Origin: Octopus vulgaris
Taxonomy: Eukaryota
NCBI GenBank assembly: GCA_951406725.2
Contig: OX597823.1
Coordinates: forward strand, 42,284,001-42,348,000
Reading direction: 5' to 3'
DNA length: 64,000 nt
In this document: one piece after another, positions 9,081 to 22,412 of the stretch
Numbering within the stretch: position 1 is the first letter of the stretch
How the letters are laid out: every line of letters begins with the position of its first letter
Program-made: the position numbers and the translations under genes
The notes under the pieces: generated by a model
Seen by the model: only the letters and a program-made list of their open reading frames with translations
Database searches by the model: none
Told to the model about the DNA's origin: nothing

Positions 9081-11511
9081 ATATGAGCTGTGAAGAAATA
9101 AATACTGGAGATGAGGTACCCAGATGTCCTCTCAAAGCATGGGATGAACAGAAGTTGTATGTGGGGTGTTACAAGATTGCATCAGGAGCAGGAGATGAGT
9201 AGATGGGGAGTCAAGCTACAACTGTCATTGTTTTATAAAGAAAATATAATTTATTAAAATTTTTTTTTAGCTGTTCATCTCAGTGTACCTGACAAGAATT
9301 ATTATTACAGGATCAGACAACTAAACATCATCTTCTGTGTTTTTATCGATAACCTCTACAGTCACTTTCAGGCTCCAGTCATCATACTCTCAGACTACAA
9401 ATAAACTGAAAAAGCTTAATTTGTAACATATACAGAACATATATGTGTCAACATTAATGGAACATAAACCTATCTCTGTAAGAGCATTCATATTCAGCTG
9501 AACTTTATGTGAGACTTAACTGATTTGATTCCCAATATTAGCAGTATTCTATCAACTGAACTGCTTCTGACATCTTTTCACTTACCATTATGATTCTTTT
9601 TTTTCTTTTTTTTTTTGGAAGGATGGTTGTCTTTTATGACCCATAATAACATATGATTTCTATTTTCATACAAAAAAATTTTTCTATTTTCATATAAAAA
9701 GAATAAAATTCCATGACAATTTTCTATTTTTCCTATAAATATTCTATTTTCTGCTGTTTCTCAGTTCATTGTTTCTTTTGTAAACCAAAACTATCTGATT
9801 CTGATGTTCATCAGTTCTGATCTTTATACATATTTCTCTGTCACCTTTTCAAGTCCTTTCATAAATTCATGGAATGTTATGAATCTAATTCGGTTATTCT
9901 TCTCACTGATTTGCTGCATTAAAATCTGGTGAGCCATTTGCAAATTGTTCTATGAATTTTAGATGGTACTCTCTCATTTTCAATTTTTGTGTATAACTTT
10001 TAAAATAGATACTTCTGTTTATTCTTCTACTACATGTATTTACCAAGCATTAACTTGAAATCACTGTATGCATGTATATATGTACACATATATGGCCATG
10101 CAGTATATGGCCACAGTCGATGTAAGGAATAAACAATATGTGTATGCATATATACATATGCATGTCTGTGGATATATATATATATATATATAAGAGATAT
10201 ACTTAGTTTGGAATGTAAATGGGTATTTTTGTAATAGAGGGCCACCCTATCTTAAATTTTCTTATAGTGCCATGTATAAACGTGTGTGGATATTGATATT
10301 TTGTTACTTGTCATCACTTAAGCATTATAACTTGACATTATAACTGGCAGCTCTGCACTTTTGAAGACCTCTGGAATATAAATTCCTTTACTTGAAGAAC
10401 AAAAAAAAAACAATAGATTGGTGACAGAATGAGCATCTTATAATAAAGTCCTGCTTCAAATAATTCCTTTCCCAAACCTGTATAAGAATGAGGAAAATAG
10501 ATATCTAATAAATGAATGAATGAACAAACTGAACCAGGAGGTACTTTTTTTATGGTTGCTTAACTTGTTTAAAATTGCAACGTAATTTTCATCAAATTAA
10601 ACCTTAGTGTTTGTTTTAAAAAATGTAGTGGGTACATTGGATACTACAGACTTTAATGTGCTGTTTGGATAAAATACTAGGTGGTCATAGCTGGAATAAC
10701 TTTGATCATTGCTTACCTGGGAGACCAACAACCTAACTATTTGAGGTTTTAAAATACGAAGAACTCAAGAGATGAGTATTGAAACAAGTATTTACTGCTT
10801 GCTGGGTGAGTTTAATAGTTATCTGTATGCTAAAAACCTAGCCTTCCATTGCTAAAACTAAATTACAAATGTCTCTCAGCTAACATTATGAACTGTCACA
10901 TTAGTTGCAGCTATCGCATATTTTATTTGGAATTTTTCTATAACTTAAGTCCATAGAATTAATTTTGTTTGTCGATTGTCTAACATAGCACTATATCTCA
11001 AAACAATTTGGTGAACAGGCAAGAATTAACACCAGAAAACATGAATCTATAGAGACAGGCATGGATGTGTGGTTAAGAAGTATGCTTTGCAGCACTGAGG
11101 TTTCAGGTTCAGTACTAGTGCATGACACGTTAGGCAAGTGTCTTCTACTATAGCTCCAGGTTGACCAATGTCTTGTAAATGGATTTAGTAGATGTAAACT
11201 ATGTGGAAACCCATAATGGAAGTCTAATGGTGCAACTAAGTTAATGTTATTGATTGGGTTTCAGTTAAAAAGCTATGGCTTTTATTTAGTCTGTCCAGAG
11301 TTGCCTGTCTTCAGTATTGCCTATTGATAATGGCTAAAGAGTGAGAAACATGTCTGGGAATCTGACAAGAGGTGGCACTCAACAGATATGGTGTTTTTAC
11401 ACCATTTTACCATAAGAGAAAAGTTTTCTTTCGACTGTAACTGCATTGAATTTGCCTTGAGAAGTTGAAATATGTTACAAACATTTTAACTAACCTAAAT
11501 TTTGTTATATA

Positions 11512-12183
11512 CAGAGTGCAGTGAAAAAATTGTCATCTAAATTATGCAACAATGAAGATAAAACTGACATCTTATTTTAACAGATACATTTACCAAAATT
11601 ACATAAAAATATCTTGAAATATTTAAGAGTAAATATTGGCCATAAAATCACCATTGGCTTCAACCATGACCTCCAGGAGACTTCAGAATCTCCTTCAAAT
11701 CTTCTGGACAGTCTCCTTGTTTAAGTTGGTGAATGCTGCCATAATCCTTGCATTCAGTTCATCTTCGGTATTACAAGGAGTTTTGCTGGTCTCTTGCTCA
11801 ACTGTGCCCCACACATAATAATCAAGAGGGTTGCAGTCTGTGGAGTTAGGTGGTCAGATGTTAGGAGCGATATGGTCACAGAAATTGTCTGATAGCCATG
11901 AATGGGTACTCTTGCTTGTGTGCCATAGTGCAGAGTGCTCTTGCCAGACACAGTCTTCCAGCAGCCACTCTCTTGACACAGTGCAGCACTACCTCCTCAA
12001 GGCACTTGATGTAGGCCTCCCTGTTGAGTAGGAGGCATAACATTGTCATCATGATGCTGTTTTTCTCACAGACGGTGCCCAACAGACCCTAATATATATG
12101 TATAGTCAACAAAATTGAAAACAAGCAATGCAGAGGCACGAAATTAAAATTAACAAATGGCAACAATTTACCCATCGTATCTG
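11512..12183 (-). mobile_element. Internally deleted DD37D (maT) Tc1/mariner transposon
   Basis: Minus strand encodes YIKCLEEVV..RVAAGR...PPNSTDCNPLDYYVWGTVEQETSKTPCNT...VEANGDF. Reconstructed spacing between the last two catalytic positions is 37. Decayed CAG.. TIRs are flanked by TA at both ends. Confidence 0.85.
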
Positions 12184-12257
12184 TAAATATATATATATGT
12201 ATGCATATATATCTATGTGTATCTATCTATCTATCTATATATATATATGCATATATA

Positions 12258-12917
12258 TACTCAGCTGGTAGTCAGAAATAAGGTAAAGGATGACACGTCT
12301 GAGAAAATAACATTCTTCCACTGCTCTAGAGACCAATTCTGTAGGTTTTTACTCCACTCTAAAAGCTTTGCAATGTTTGTTTTTGAAAGTAGTGGTTTTC
12401 TGATTGCAACCCTCCTGTGAAATCCGGCTTTGTGCTGCTCTCAGTGAAGAGTTTTTGTGGAAACTGGATTCTCAAGGTGGTTATTAAGCTCTGCAGTAAT
12501 TTTAGGAGCTGTATTTTTGAGATCCTTCCTAACAATTCACATAACAGTCCACTGGTCCTCATCTGAAAGTTTTGGCTTACTTCCAGAGTTTTGTTTCAAC
12601 CAGGAGGTTTTTGCTTCTTTCTCAAAGGCTATCATTACTTTCGATACACCAAATATTTCGGTTTTATTGTTACACTAGTCCTGTCACATGAACAGCAACA
12701 ATTTGACCTCTTTGAAAGTGTGATTGATCTGTCATTTTAATGAAGTTTAATTACCTTTTTACTGATGATATCTGAAAAGAAACAGCAATTTTAGCAAAAC
12801 ATATTAAGTAACACTAACTATAAATCAAAAAAACATAAAAGTAAATACGCTTTTGATGGTTTTATAGATATTTCCAAATTATGATGCTAGTTGTTTCCAT
12901 TATTTTGTCCAACCCCA

Positions 12918-12918
<1 letters not shown>
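12258..12918 (-). mobile_element. Tc1-like transposon, 5' half (TIR + paired-like DNA-binding domain to first catalytic D)
   Basis: TA-CTGGGGTTGGACAAAATAATGGAAAC end; ATG at 12735. Frameshifted MTD..FQRGQIV...KQNSGSKPKLSD...NTAPKITAELNNHLENPVSTK...KPLLSKTNIAK..EWSKNLQNWSLEQWKNVIFSD. Confidence 0.85.
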
Positions 12919-12971
<53 letters not shown>

Positions 12972-13072
12972 ATATATATATGTATATATATGTATATATA
13001 TGTGTATATATATGTATATATATGTGTATATATATATATGTATGTGTATGTATATATATATATGTGTATGTG

Positions 13073-13111
<39 letters not shown>

Positions 13112-13264
13112 ATGTGTATGTGTATATCATCATCATCATCATTTAGCGTCCGTTTTCCATGCTAGCATGGGTTGGAGTTCTACTGGGGTCTGTGAAGCCA
13201 GAAGGCTTCATCAGGCCCAGTCAAATCTGGCAGTGTTTCTACGGCTGGATGCCCTTCCTAACGC

Positions 13265-13320
<56 letters not shown>

Positions 13321-13440
13321 GTGTATATATATATGTATATATATATATATATGTATATATGTATATATATGTATATATGTATGTATTTATATATGTATAT
13401 ATGTATTTATATATATATGTGTGTATATATATTATATATA
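12919..13440. repeat. (TA)n/(TG)n compound microsatellite with an RTE 3' tail (minus, 13127-13267) inserted
   Basis: Direct reading of the sequence; similar arrays occur throughout the window (e.g. 5820-6080, 20490-21058, 24900-25210, 51060-51450). Confidence 0.9.
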
Positions 13441-13819
13441 TCAGTAGATCAATACTAGTCTAATGCTCTGGCTGCTAGGAGATGGTAGGGGTTCGCTCCC
13501 TTGCTCAGAATGTCATTGGATGTAGCAGTGCATTGTTAAACAGCAGTGGAGTCTGATTGAACATACAGTCATGTTAAAGTGGCTACGAATATTACTTGTC
13601 ACTACAACTACCGTGTTGATCTCTTAGAGAGATTTTAGAACTAGAATTTTTGCCTGTTGCAAAATCAGTAACTGTGTGTTCTCTTGAAATTTATATGTTG
13701 CATGCAGAAGCGAATGACCTTTCCTTGTTTTCTTTGTACTGTCTATCTGGATGTTTTGTTGTCCCATTTTTATATAACCTAACTGTCCAGATGTTTTGTG
13801 TTCTTGACCCATTTTGAGA

Positions 13820-14275
13820 GAACCTAGAACCATGTGGTTTGGAAGCAACCTTCTCACCACACAGCCTCTTTTTTTTTTATTTTTTAGGTATCGTTTATCT
13901 TTTACTTGTTTCAGTCATTGTGCTCAAGCCATGCTAGAACATGGCCTTGAAGGGTTTAGTCAAACAAATTCATGTTGTACTTATTGTTTAAGATTGCTGA
14001 ACAGCTAAGTTATGGGGAAACAGAAACAAACCAACACCTGTTATCAAACAGTTGGATGCACACATACACACACTCACACACACTCATACACACACACACA
14101 CACACATATATATGTATAAATGATAGGCTTTCACACAGTTCCACACACACAAGGCATTAGCTGGCTGGGGACTATAATAGATGCTTGCCCAAGGTGCCAT
14201 GCTGTAGGATTAAACCCAAAACCATCTTTTAGTTGCAAAAGGTTGCAAAGTCAGCTTCTTAACCATGCAGCCATG
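13820..14275 (-). mobile_element. tRNA/CORE-head SINE pieces (tail A type), decayed
   Basis: TTTTACTTGTTTCAGTCA tail, internal (CA)n, CTTGCCCAAGGTGCCATGC core and head. Confidence 0.7.
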
Positions 14276-16341
14276 GTTACTCATAATGTAAATATCTAAT
14301 ATTTCTCATGTTGATAATTCTTAAAATTCTATTTCCTGCTATATAAAATAATGTAAATAATATATATTATATATAAATATATGCATATATACATACATGT
14401 GTGTTTGTATATATGCATATATTTATATATTATTTATATTATTATATGATCAAATGCCACGCATCCTTTTCCAAGTAAGTTTTATCTATCTATATATATA
14501 TATATACACACACACACATATATGCATGCATGTGTATGTGTGTATGTATCTTCTTTATTCTGTCCTCTGTATATCACTTGTTTATTGCTTCGATACTATT
14601 GAGAATTTTACACTTAGTTTTTCTAACATTATCAAGAATCTGTATTTCATGTTAGTTGTCTATCACTTCATAGTAATTGTGATATAATGTGCAGATATGT
14701 GATCTACTTCTGATAGCATATTCAATTACTACTATTTTCAATTCTTGTTTAATTGGTTAGATGGTACAAACAGAAAACTGTCACGCAAACACACTCACAT
14801 GTAGACACACTTACATACATCTCTGCACACACTTTCATGGAGGCATTGGAAATCAAAACAAATTGCCTAAAATTTCTGTTTTTAAAGTGTTTATTTTTAC
14901 TAACTACCAAAGTCCAGCTGTATGATTTAGAAGTTTACTTCTTAACAAGATGTTCTAGTGTCCGCTACTATTGCCCCACAAAGGAATTTGTAAACAGACA
15001 CTGATGAAAGCTTTGTTTTACACAGGCATACACACACATATGTGAACATATGTATGTATGTGAATTGGTGTCTGCTTGTCTTCACATCACATGAGTGTTG
15101 TAAATGCATGTCAATGTCAGTCAAGCAGTGACATTCGTTTCAAATATTATTCTGCAAGAACATATCTGGTCATGGTGGAACTGTTATCTTGCTTGGAGAG
15201 AGGTGAAGAGTGGGCAACAGGACAAGCAACTGACCATAATAAAACCCATCCTACCCATGCAAACAAGAGAAAAGTGAACATTAAAACATTGATGATGATG
15301 ATGATGTTGATGATGATGTTGAGGAAGAAGAAGAAGAAGAAGAAGAACTATGCAGTTTTATAAATATGAAGTCTATACATGAAGATCAAAATCGATTTAT
15401 CCAGATTCCATGAAACCTTATTTAAACAGTATTTTAATATAGTGTTCAAATTACTGATGAATATCTACAAACAATTTGACTTTTCTTCCTTAAAGTTAAG
15501 GAAGTTCATTGGAGGGGACATTAACCCGAGAATTATTGATTTTTGATTACTGGTGTATATTTCTTTGATTTGGAAACAGGAATAGGTAAAATGCTGCAAT
15601 TTCAGCTCAGAAATTACAGGAAAAAGAAAAATATATTTTATAAATCTTCTTGTTTAGTGCTTAAGCATTACAGCAGTTTTACTCATGTTTTTTCTGCTAT
15701 TTACATTAAAATATATGTATAGTTGTCATTTATGTGCATTAATAAATAAACCATTGAGGAAATCAACATATTTTTCATTAAAAAAAGTTGAAAATATTAA
15801 CAGTAAAAAATTTTGTCATTTCTAATCATTGAACATTTTCTATGCGGATTCTACCTTCAGTGTTTAAATTTCGTGTTTATATTTTAGTGAGGAACTAATT
15901 ACAGAATTTGTGAGAAAAATCTTCATTTGATTTTTTCATTTTCTGTTACAGTTCAAAACAAAATCTTTAACAAGTATCAAACTAATTATTTTAGAGATCC
16001 AATTAGGCTTCTTTCACATATTTATGTATATATATATTAGTCGCTCAAAAGAGAACTGTTTTAAGATTCATTAAATCAATGTCAGAGGCATTAATTTAAA
16101 TATTAATAACCAAATAATATTATTGAATATTATATTAATGGATATTAATTTAGTTAAATTTTTCAAAAGTTATTAGTTGTATCCATTTATGTTTCAGAGA
16201 ATATGAAACAATAAAGAAAATATATTGAAATTAAATGAGAAGAGAATGAATAGAACTGATGTTATGTCAACAGTCATATAAAACGAATAATAATTATCTA
16301 ATTTAAATATTCTCCTGTCATTTGCATACTAGAACCAAAAC

Positions 16342-16398
<57 letters not shown>

Positions 16399-16743
16399 AA
16401 AGTGTATATATCATCATTGTTTTACCATCCACTTTTCCATGCTTGCATGGGTTGGAAGAAGATTTTCAACATGTGAGTAGCCATGTGGCCCCTCTACTTT
16501 AAGAAACCTACCCTACTCTCATAATTTAACCCCTTACCTCTTACTATAAAGCCGTCTTTCTCATGGTAATCTCACTAGTTCTAGTGTGCAAGCTGTAAAG
16601 TGGTTGGCATTAGGAAGGGCATCCAGCCATAGAGACCATGGTAAGCGGACAGTGAAGCATGATGCAGTCTTTGGATTTGCTGGATCATGTTAAACAATCA
16701 AAACCATATCATCATTAAATATTAAATGAGATACATGCACACA

Positions 16744-16823
<80 letters not shown>

Positions 16824-16849
16824 TCTATATCTTCCCGAGTGTTCCTAAA

Positions 16850-17070
16850 TACTCCTCTATCACAGATACCATCCATGTCAAGTGCTTGGCATTCCTTTAT
16901 CTTACGTAACTTCAAATGCATGCCTGTACCACCCTAGTCTTCTCTATTGCATTCTACATCTGATTACTCTTACATCCAGCTTTTTGCACAGCTCATTTTG
17001 CTCTAGAATTAATGCACACCGACATTACATATCCAGCAGAGAACACTCACTTCATTTCTTTCTAGCCAAT
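16850..17070 (-). mobile_element. RTE LINE ORF fragment (decayed)
   Basis: Minus strand LERNEVSVLCWICNV...LDVRVIRC..RRLGWY, matching the other RTE copies. Confidence 0.6.
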
Positions 17071-17129
17071 GCAAATCTTAAACATTCAAAATCTATATAA
17101 CACTACCATGCAACAGAACAGTTCATACA

Positions 17130-17516
17130 TGGCTGTGCTCCTTTACATTTTCCCAAACATTTACTCCAGAATTCGAATATCTCTTGTTCTGTGAGGACTT
17201 CTATTTTGACGGTCCTCTTCTAATGTATCTATAGAATTTCTTTGGGTTATTTTTGAACATGCTGTCATCTTTGAAGAACTTAGATCGTTTTCCAAAGCAA
17301 TGTATGTGCACAGATTTGCCCTGCACTTTTTGTCTTATCTTCTCCATTATTTCAGCATACTGGTGTTCAATATTTTACATAATACTTTCTCGTAGGTGGT
17401 TTTTATATTATGACTATTGCTCAAGATATTTAGTGTTTCTTTATTAGATCAAAGAGCATCAATTTGTTTCTCAGTTTTTTCTTGCCACATTGGTCTTTTA
17501 TGAAGATTTCCCACTA
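17130..17516 (-). mobile_element. R4/Dong-like non-LTR fragment (region N-terminal to RT), abutting (TAA)n
   Basis: Minus strand RPMWQEKTEKQIDAL...EKIRQKVQGKS...FFKDDSMFKNNPKKFYRYI...EQEIFEFWSK fits the R4/Dong 'PPW..RLE..KQKL.A...F..N.K.FYR...FW' pattern. Confidence 0.65.
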
Positions 17517-17518
17517 TA

Positions 17519-17549
<31 letters not shown>

Positions 17550-17589
17550 GAAATCATATTGTTATCTACATCTTTATTATCAGCAGTTA

Positions 17590-18060
17590 TTAGTATTTAC
17601 TTTCAGTTTCAATTTGTATTAAAAAGCCTTTATAAAATGTTCTTTTGCCTTCTGCAATTGTTTGTCACAACTTATTTTTTAAGTGGAAATATTCAAAAAT
17701 CTTTCAATTGCACAATTGTCATGAGGTTCACTACTTGGAGTTTTGTTAAGAGATGGAGATGCATCCATGATCCATTGTGGATGTGCCCTGTCTCAGCCCA
17801 TTATGTATAGTTCTCGTTGCATTACTGGAATGTAATGCGGTAACTTAAATTTTTTGATTTGCAATTCATATTTGCATTAACTTTGAACTCCTTTCCATTT
17901 TTCCAATTTTATAATGTCACTGCATTCAGTAATAGGAAATGTCCAACAATGAGGTTTTTCACATTTTATTAGTTGCATAATTTATTCCAATGTAAATCTG
18001 ACATTTCTTTAAGAGTCTTTTAAGATTAGATGGTTATTTCTAACTGTTAATAATCTATGA
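17590..18060 (-). mobile_element. Penelope-like element, GIY-YIG endonuclease remnant
   Basis: Minus strand KNGKEFKVNANMNCKSKNLSYRITF..CNENY, matching the Penelope 'CxSxNxIYxIxCxxCxxxYIG' motif. Confidence 0.75.
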
Positions 18061-18269
18061 CTTTTTAATAATTTCATTCAGATTTGATGACAGGAGTAGG
18101 ATCCCAGAAAATATTATTTTGCAGAATCTAATATAACTGATTACAGTATTAAATGGAATATTTCATTTTGTATGGGATGGATGGCAAGATCTAAAGTCTA
18201 AGTACTGGAGTGTATCCATTTCTTTACAGTGGAGATAAGGCATAATAATTTCAGCTTCCTTAAATAAAG

Positions 18270-18630
18270 GCATTTCCAAAAATAAGAGTTGCCTTTCACT
18301 CAGTGGAATTGATTTTATCGAACACAATGAAATTCTAAAATTCAAGAATAAAGCTGAACTCAAAGTTAATGCAAATACGAAGAGCAAATCAAAAAATTTA
18401 ATTCATTGCATTACATTCCGGCAATGCAATGAGAAATATAGAAATCAGGCAAGGACAAAATTAATGAATTGGGTCTCAGTACATCAACAGCAAATCGGGG
18501 ATCCAGCAGTTAGGTATAGAGAACATTTTGACATTTGAAGAAACAAGAGAATGTATACTTCTTATTCAAAATAACAGAACAGAAACATTTTGTAATGATT
18601 TTCAATCTGGAACTAAATCTGAAATAAACT
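18270..18630 (+). mobile_element. Penelope-like element, GIY-YIG endonuclease remnant (second, inverted copy)
   Basis: Plus strand KFKNKAELKVNANTKSKSKNLIHCITFRQCNEKYRNQARTKLMNWVSVHQQQIGDPAVR..EHFD. Confidence 0.75.
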
Positions 18631-18819
18631 GTAAGATTCATCATTATCAAATAAAGTTACTATGACATTAACATCGTAGATAACTGTCATTAACATACCA
18701 CGTGACTATTAGAAAAGGCACTGACCATTTTCCTCATACCATGATCATCAGGACTGTGCCAAGCAGCTTCAATAACTTTTCTCATTTTTAAATATTTTTA
18801 CATTTTTAAATATATCGTG

Positions 18820-19288
18820 ACTCTGTTCCCCTGCTTGTGTGGAATGGTGCCAGACATAGTCTTCCAGCAATTACTCTCTTGACCTAGGGAAGCACTACCT
18901 CCTCCAACCATTTGATGTAGTTTCTGTGTTGAGTCTGGGGCCATGTAGGAAGATGAATTGAGGTATAACATTGCCATCACTAGTGATCACTCGAAATACC
19001 ATGATGTTGACTGGATGTTTGATTTTTATCACTCTTGGTACATGTTCTCAGATTGCACTACCTTGAAATTGATACCCAAACACTCTGAAATGTTCATAAT
19101 GGAGTTTCTGGCACAAATGCCAAGCAGTACAGCATGCCGTTTCCAAATTTCTGGCAGAGTGAATTGCATCATGGTGATGTTTTTCTCACAGACAATGCTT
19201 CTATATTGTGTAGTCAACAAAATCAGAAACAATGTGCATACATGAAATTAAAAGTTTTAAATGATGACAATTTACTCATCTCACCCTG
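18820..19288 (-). mobile_element. Second DD37D (maT) remnant, different internal deletion
   Basis: TA-CAGGGTGAGATGAGTAAATTGTC end; MQFTLPEIWKRHAVLLGI...SECLGIN joined to KIKHPVNIMVF..ITSDGNV..FIF..IKWLEEVVLP; homologous to 11512-12183. Confidence 0.8.
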
Positions 19289-19300
19289 TATGTGTGTGTG

Positions 19301-19336
<36 letters not shown>

Positions 19337-20497
19337 TGCATGTAATTATAGATGCATACATATAAATACATGCGCACACACACATATATATCACCATACA
19401 ATACAGACACATATATATGTATTTATACATATATATATAAATACGTATGCATGCATAAAAATATACACGCACAGAGTCATATATTTATGCGTATTTTTAT
19501 ACACACATGCATACTTGGTACAAAGCCACCTCAATCAATACTGCATGCCATTCATTCAAGAGGTCTTTTGTGAGTTATTTGGTAACCTCACTGATAATGG
19601 TTTCTTGGTAAAAGCACCCAATGACTAGTGTTAGTAAGGGCGTCCAGCTGTAGAAACTATGCTTAAGCTCTCAATGGGACCCAACACAATCATCTGGCTT
19701 GTCAGATTCTGTTGAACCATCTAACCAATGTCAGCATCAAAGACAGACATTGAATGATGACAATGGTATATCTATAGGAGAGAGTGCTAGGATCTGTGGG
19801 GAATGGATTATGCATATTGGGCTAAAATAAAAAAAAACCTTCCAGTAGATTATGGAGACCAAACATGATAGAGGTACGTCTCAAATGAAAACTGAAATGA
19901 AATAGAGATGAAATAGTAAACCTGTGCATTATTGTCTGTTCAGATGAGATGAAAAGGAGTGGGTAGTGTTGAGATGAATATAATAATTTGTTATTGTAGG
20001 TCTATGCAAACCAGAACAGCAAGGGAAATGAAACATTCATATGGTAATGATGATGATGGTGAAAGTGAGAATAATAATGAATGTGTGTGTATGCATGTGT
20101 ATGTCTGTGTGTGTGCATTTGTACACCTACATATATATATATATGTCTGTATTGTATGATCACACATAGCTTTCACTGTACTTTACTATCATAACTATGT
20201 ACAGCTGCTTCATTTCCATTCACATATATTGTTTAGCAAACAATGAATTGCAACAGAGCAGCATTGGATAAACGCTTCTTTGCTAAAATGTTATAAAAGA
20301 TAATATCTTTACCACACAACAACTTAATTCTATTATATTTCTAACTGGTTCCTGATATTTATCATACATTTGCATTTTTATTTTAGTTATCTATTTGTTT
20401 GTTTATTTATTTTGTATTTCTTTTTAGATTATAACGATAAGATATTCAACCATAGAAAATTATTTTTAATTCCTTGTTTGAAAGTATATATTTATAC

Positions 20498-20528
<31 letters not shown>

Positions 20529-20611
20529 GTCATACACACACACACCCACCCACATTCATACTTATTCATACGTATATATATATCCACTCTTATACACATA
20601 CATGAACGTGC

Positions 20612-20642
<31 letters not shown>

Positions 20643-20948
20643 TAAATAGATATATAGATAGACAGATAGATAGCGATATAAAAACACATAAATATGCAAG
20701 TGCTTGTGTGAGTCTGTAATGTATACTTTACGCTTGCATTAATCTTTGTGTGTAAGACAGTATGTTTCATACATAAATATCTGAATATATGAGTGAGTGT
20801 GTGTATGTGTCTACACATAATTTACATGAATGTTACCGTATAAATTTGTATATCGTATTCTGCATATTTACATGTTTTTGTGCACATTTGTGCATCTCAA
20901 CTTATAGCTCCTTATGTACCAGTGTGTCCAACATATGCATATACATAC

Positions 20949-20997
<49 letters not shown>

Positions 20998-21018
20998 TAT
21001 GTAGATAGATATCGATAT

Positions 21019-21059
<41 letters not shown>

Positions 21060-22194
21060 TAATGGCTGTATGGTTAAGAAGATTACTTTCCAATTTCCTG
21101 GGTTTTGTTTCAGTCTCACTGCATGGCACCTTATGCAAGTATCTTCTTTTTTAATGCCAGACAGACCAAAGCATTGTAGATTTGGTGGATGGAAACAGAA
21201 AGGGTATATGTGTGCATTGTGCTTGTAAGTGGGTGTATATTTGTATCTTTGTGTCTGGTGATGGCTTTCTTTGAAACAGGTGAAGACGGTTGGTGACACG
21301 AAAGGCATGGTGGTATAACAATTCTTCAATAATATATGCTTGTAAGCCATGCTATTAATAATGAAAAGAAAGACACAAAATGAATGAATGAATGAATGGA
21401 AGCTCTCGTGATGAAAGCTTCCTCAAAAATAAGTAAATTTGCTGAGTCATAACTCAGTCCTCAACAGCATAGAAAATAGGCATTAAAAAATAAAAAAATA
21501 AATGACTTTCTACTAGAAGTAAATTCAGAAATATATAAAGAAAAGCTAAAAAAATTTTAAAGAAAGAAAATTTTTTTGTCTTCTTTTCCAGAAAATGTTA
21601 ATGTAAATGAGAGGCATCATGTGTGAATTACTTGTATGATGGTTCTTGATTTCCTATAATAAATATTTTAGAAGGAAACATATTAGTCTAGACTTCCCAT
21701 TTGAAGAAAAGTTGGAGAAAGTTTGGAAGCAAAAAACACGTTTGTGGAATTAGATATATGATGTGTGAGTTAATTGTGTATCGTGATGTTGTTTAGAGAA
21801 CACATTAGTTTGGTATATTAGTTTGAAATTTTCACTGATATTACTTTTTCTTAACTGACAACATGGTTATTAAAATGTCTTTAACTACTTATGTGACGAC
21901 ACATAACACTTCTTTACCAACAGCACCGACCAAATTAATGTCATCAGCCTAGTCTGGTAAAAGAGGCAGTTCAGCAAATTAGATAGAATATCCCAGACTA
22001 ATACACTGCATGCTGGAATACAGCACAGTGAACTACATGTAATCAAACATATGAATGATAGTGTATGCAGCAGCATGTTATAATTAGCTTGATAACACAG
22101 TAATTCATTCACAAGCTGTTGATTCGTTACCTTTTGTAACATAATTCTACATGACTAAACAGATTTCTCAGCAACAAAATCTTCCACTCATTAC

Positions 22195-22412
22195 TGATTT
22201 CAAATTTTAACACAAGGCCTGTAATTTCGAGGGAGGGGTAACTCAATTACCTCAACCCCAGTGCTCAACTGGTACAAATATTATTGACCCCACAAAATGA
22301 TGAAAAAAGTAAAGTTGATCTCTGTGAAATTTGAACTCAGAATGTAAAGATGGACGAAATGCTGCTAAGCATTTTGCCCAGCAAGCTAACAATTCTGCCA
22401 GCTCTTTGCCTT
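22195..22412 (-). mobile_element. Meta-type SINE
   Basis: Reverse complement of the 39841-type element (ATTTGAACTCAGAA B-box, GCTAAGCATTT). Confidence 0.75.
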
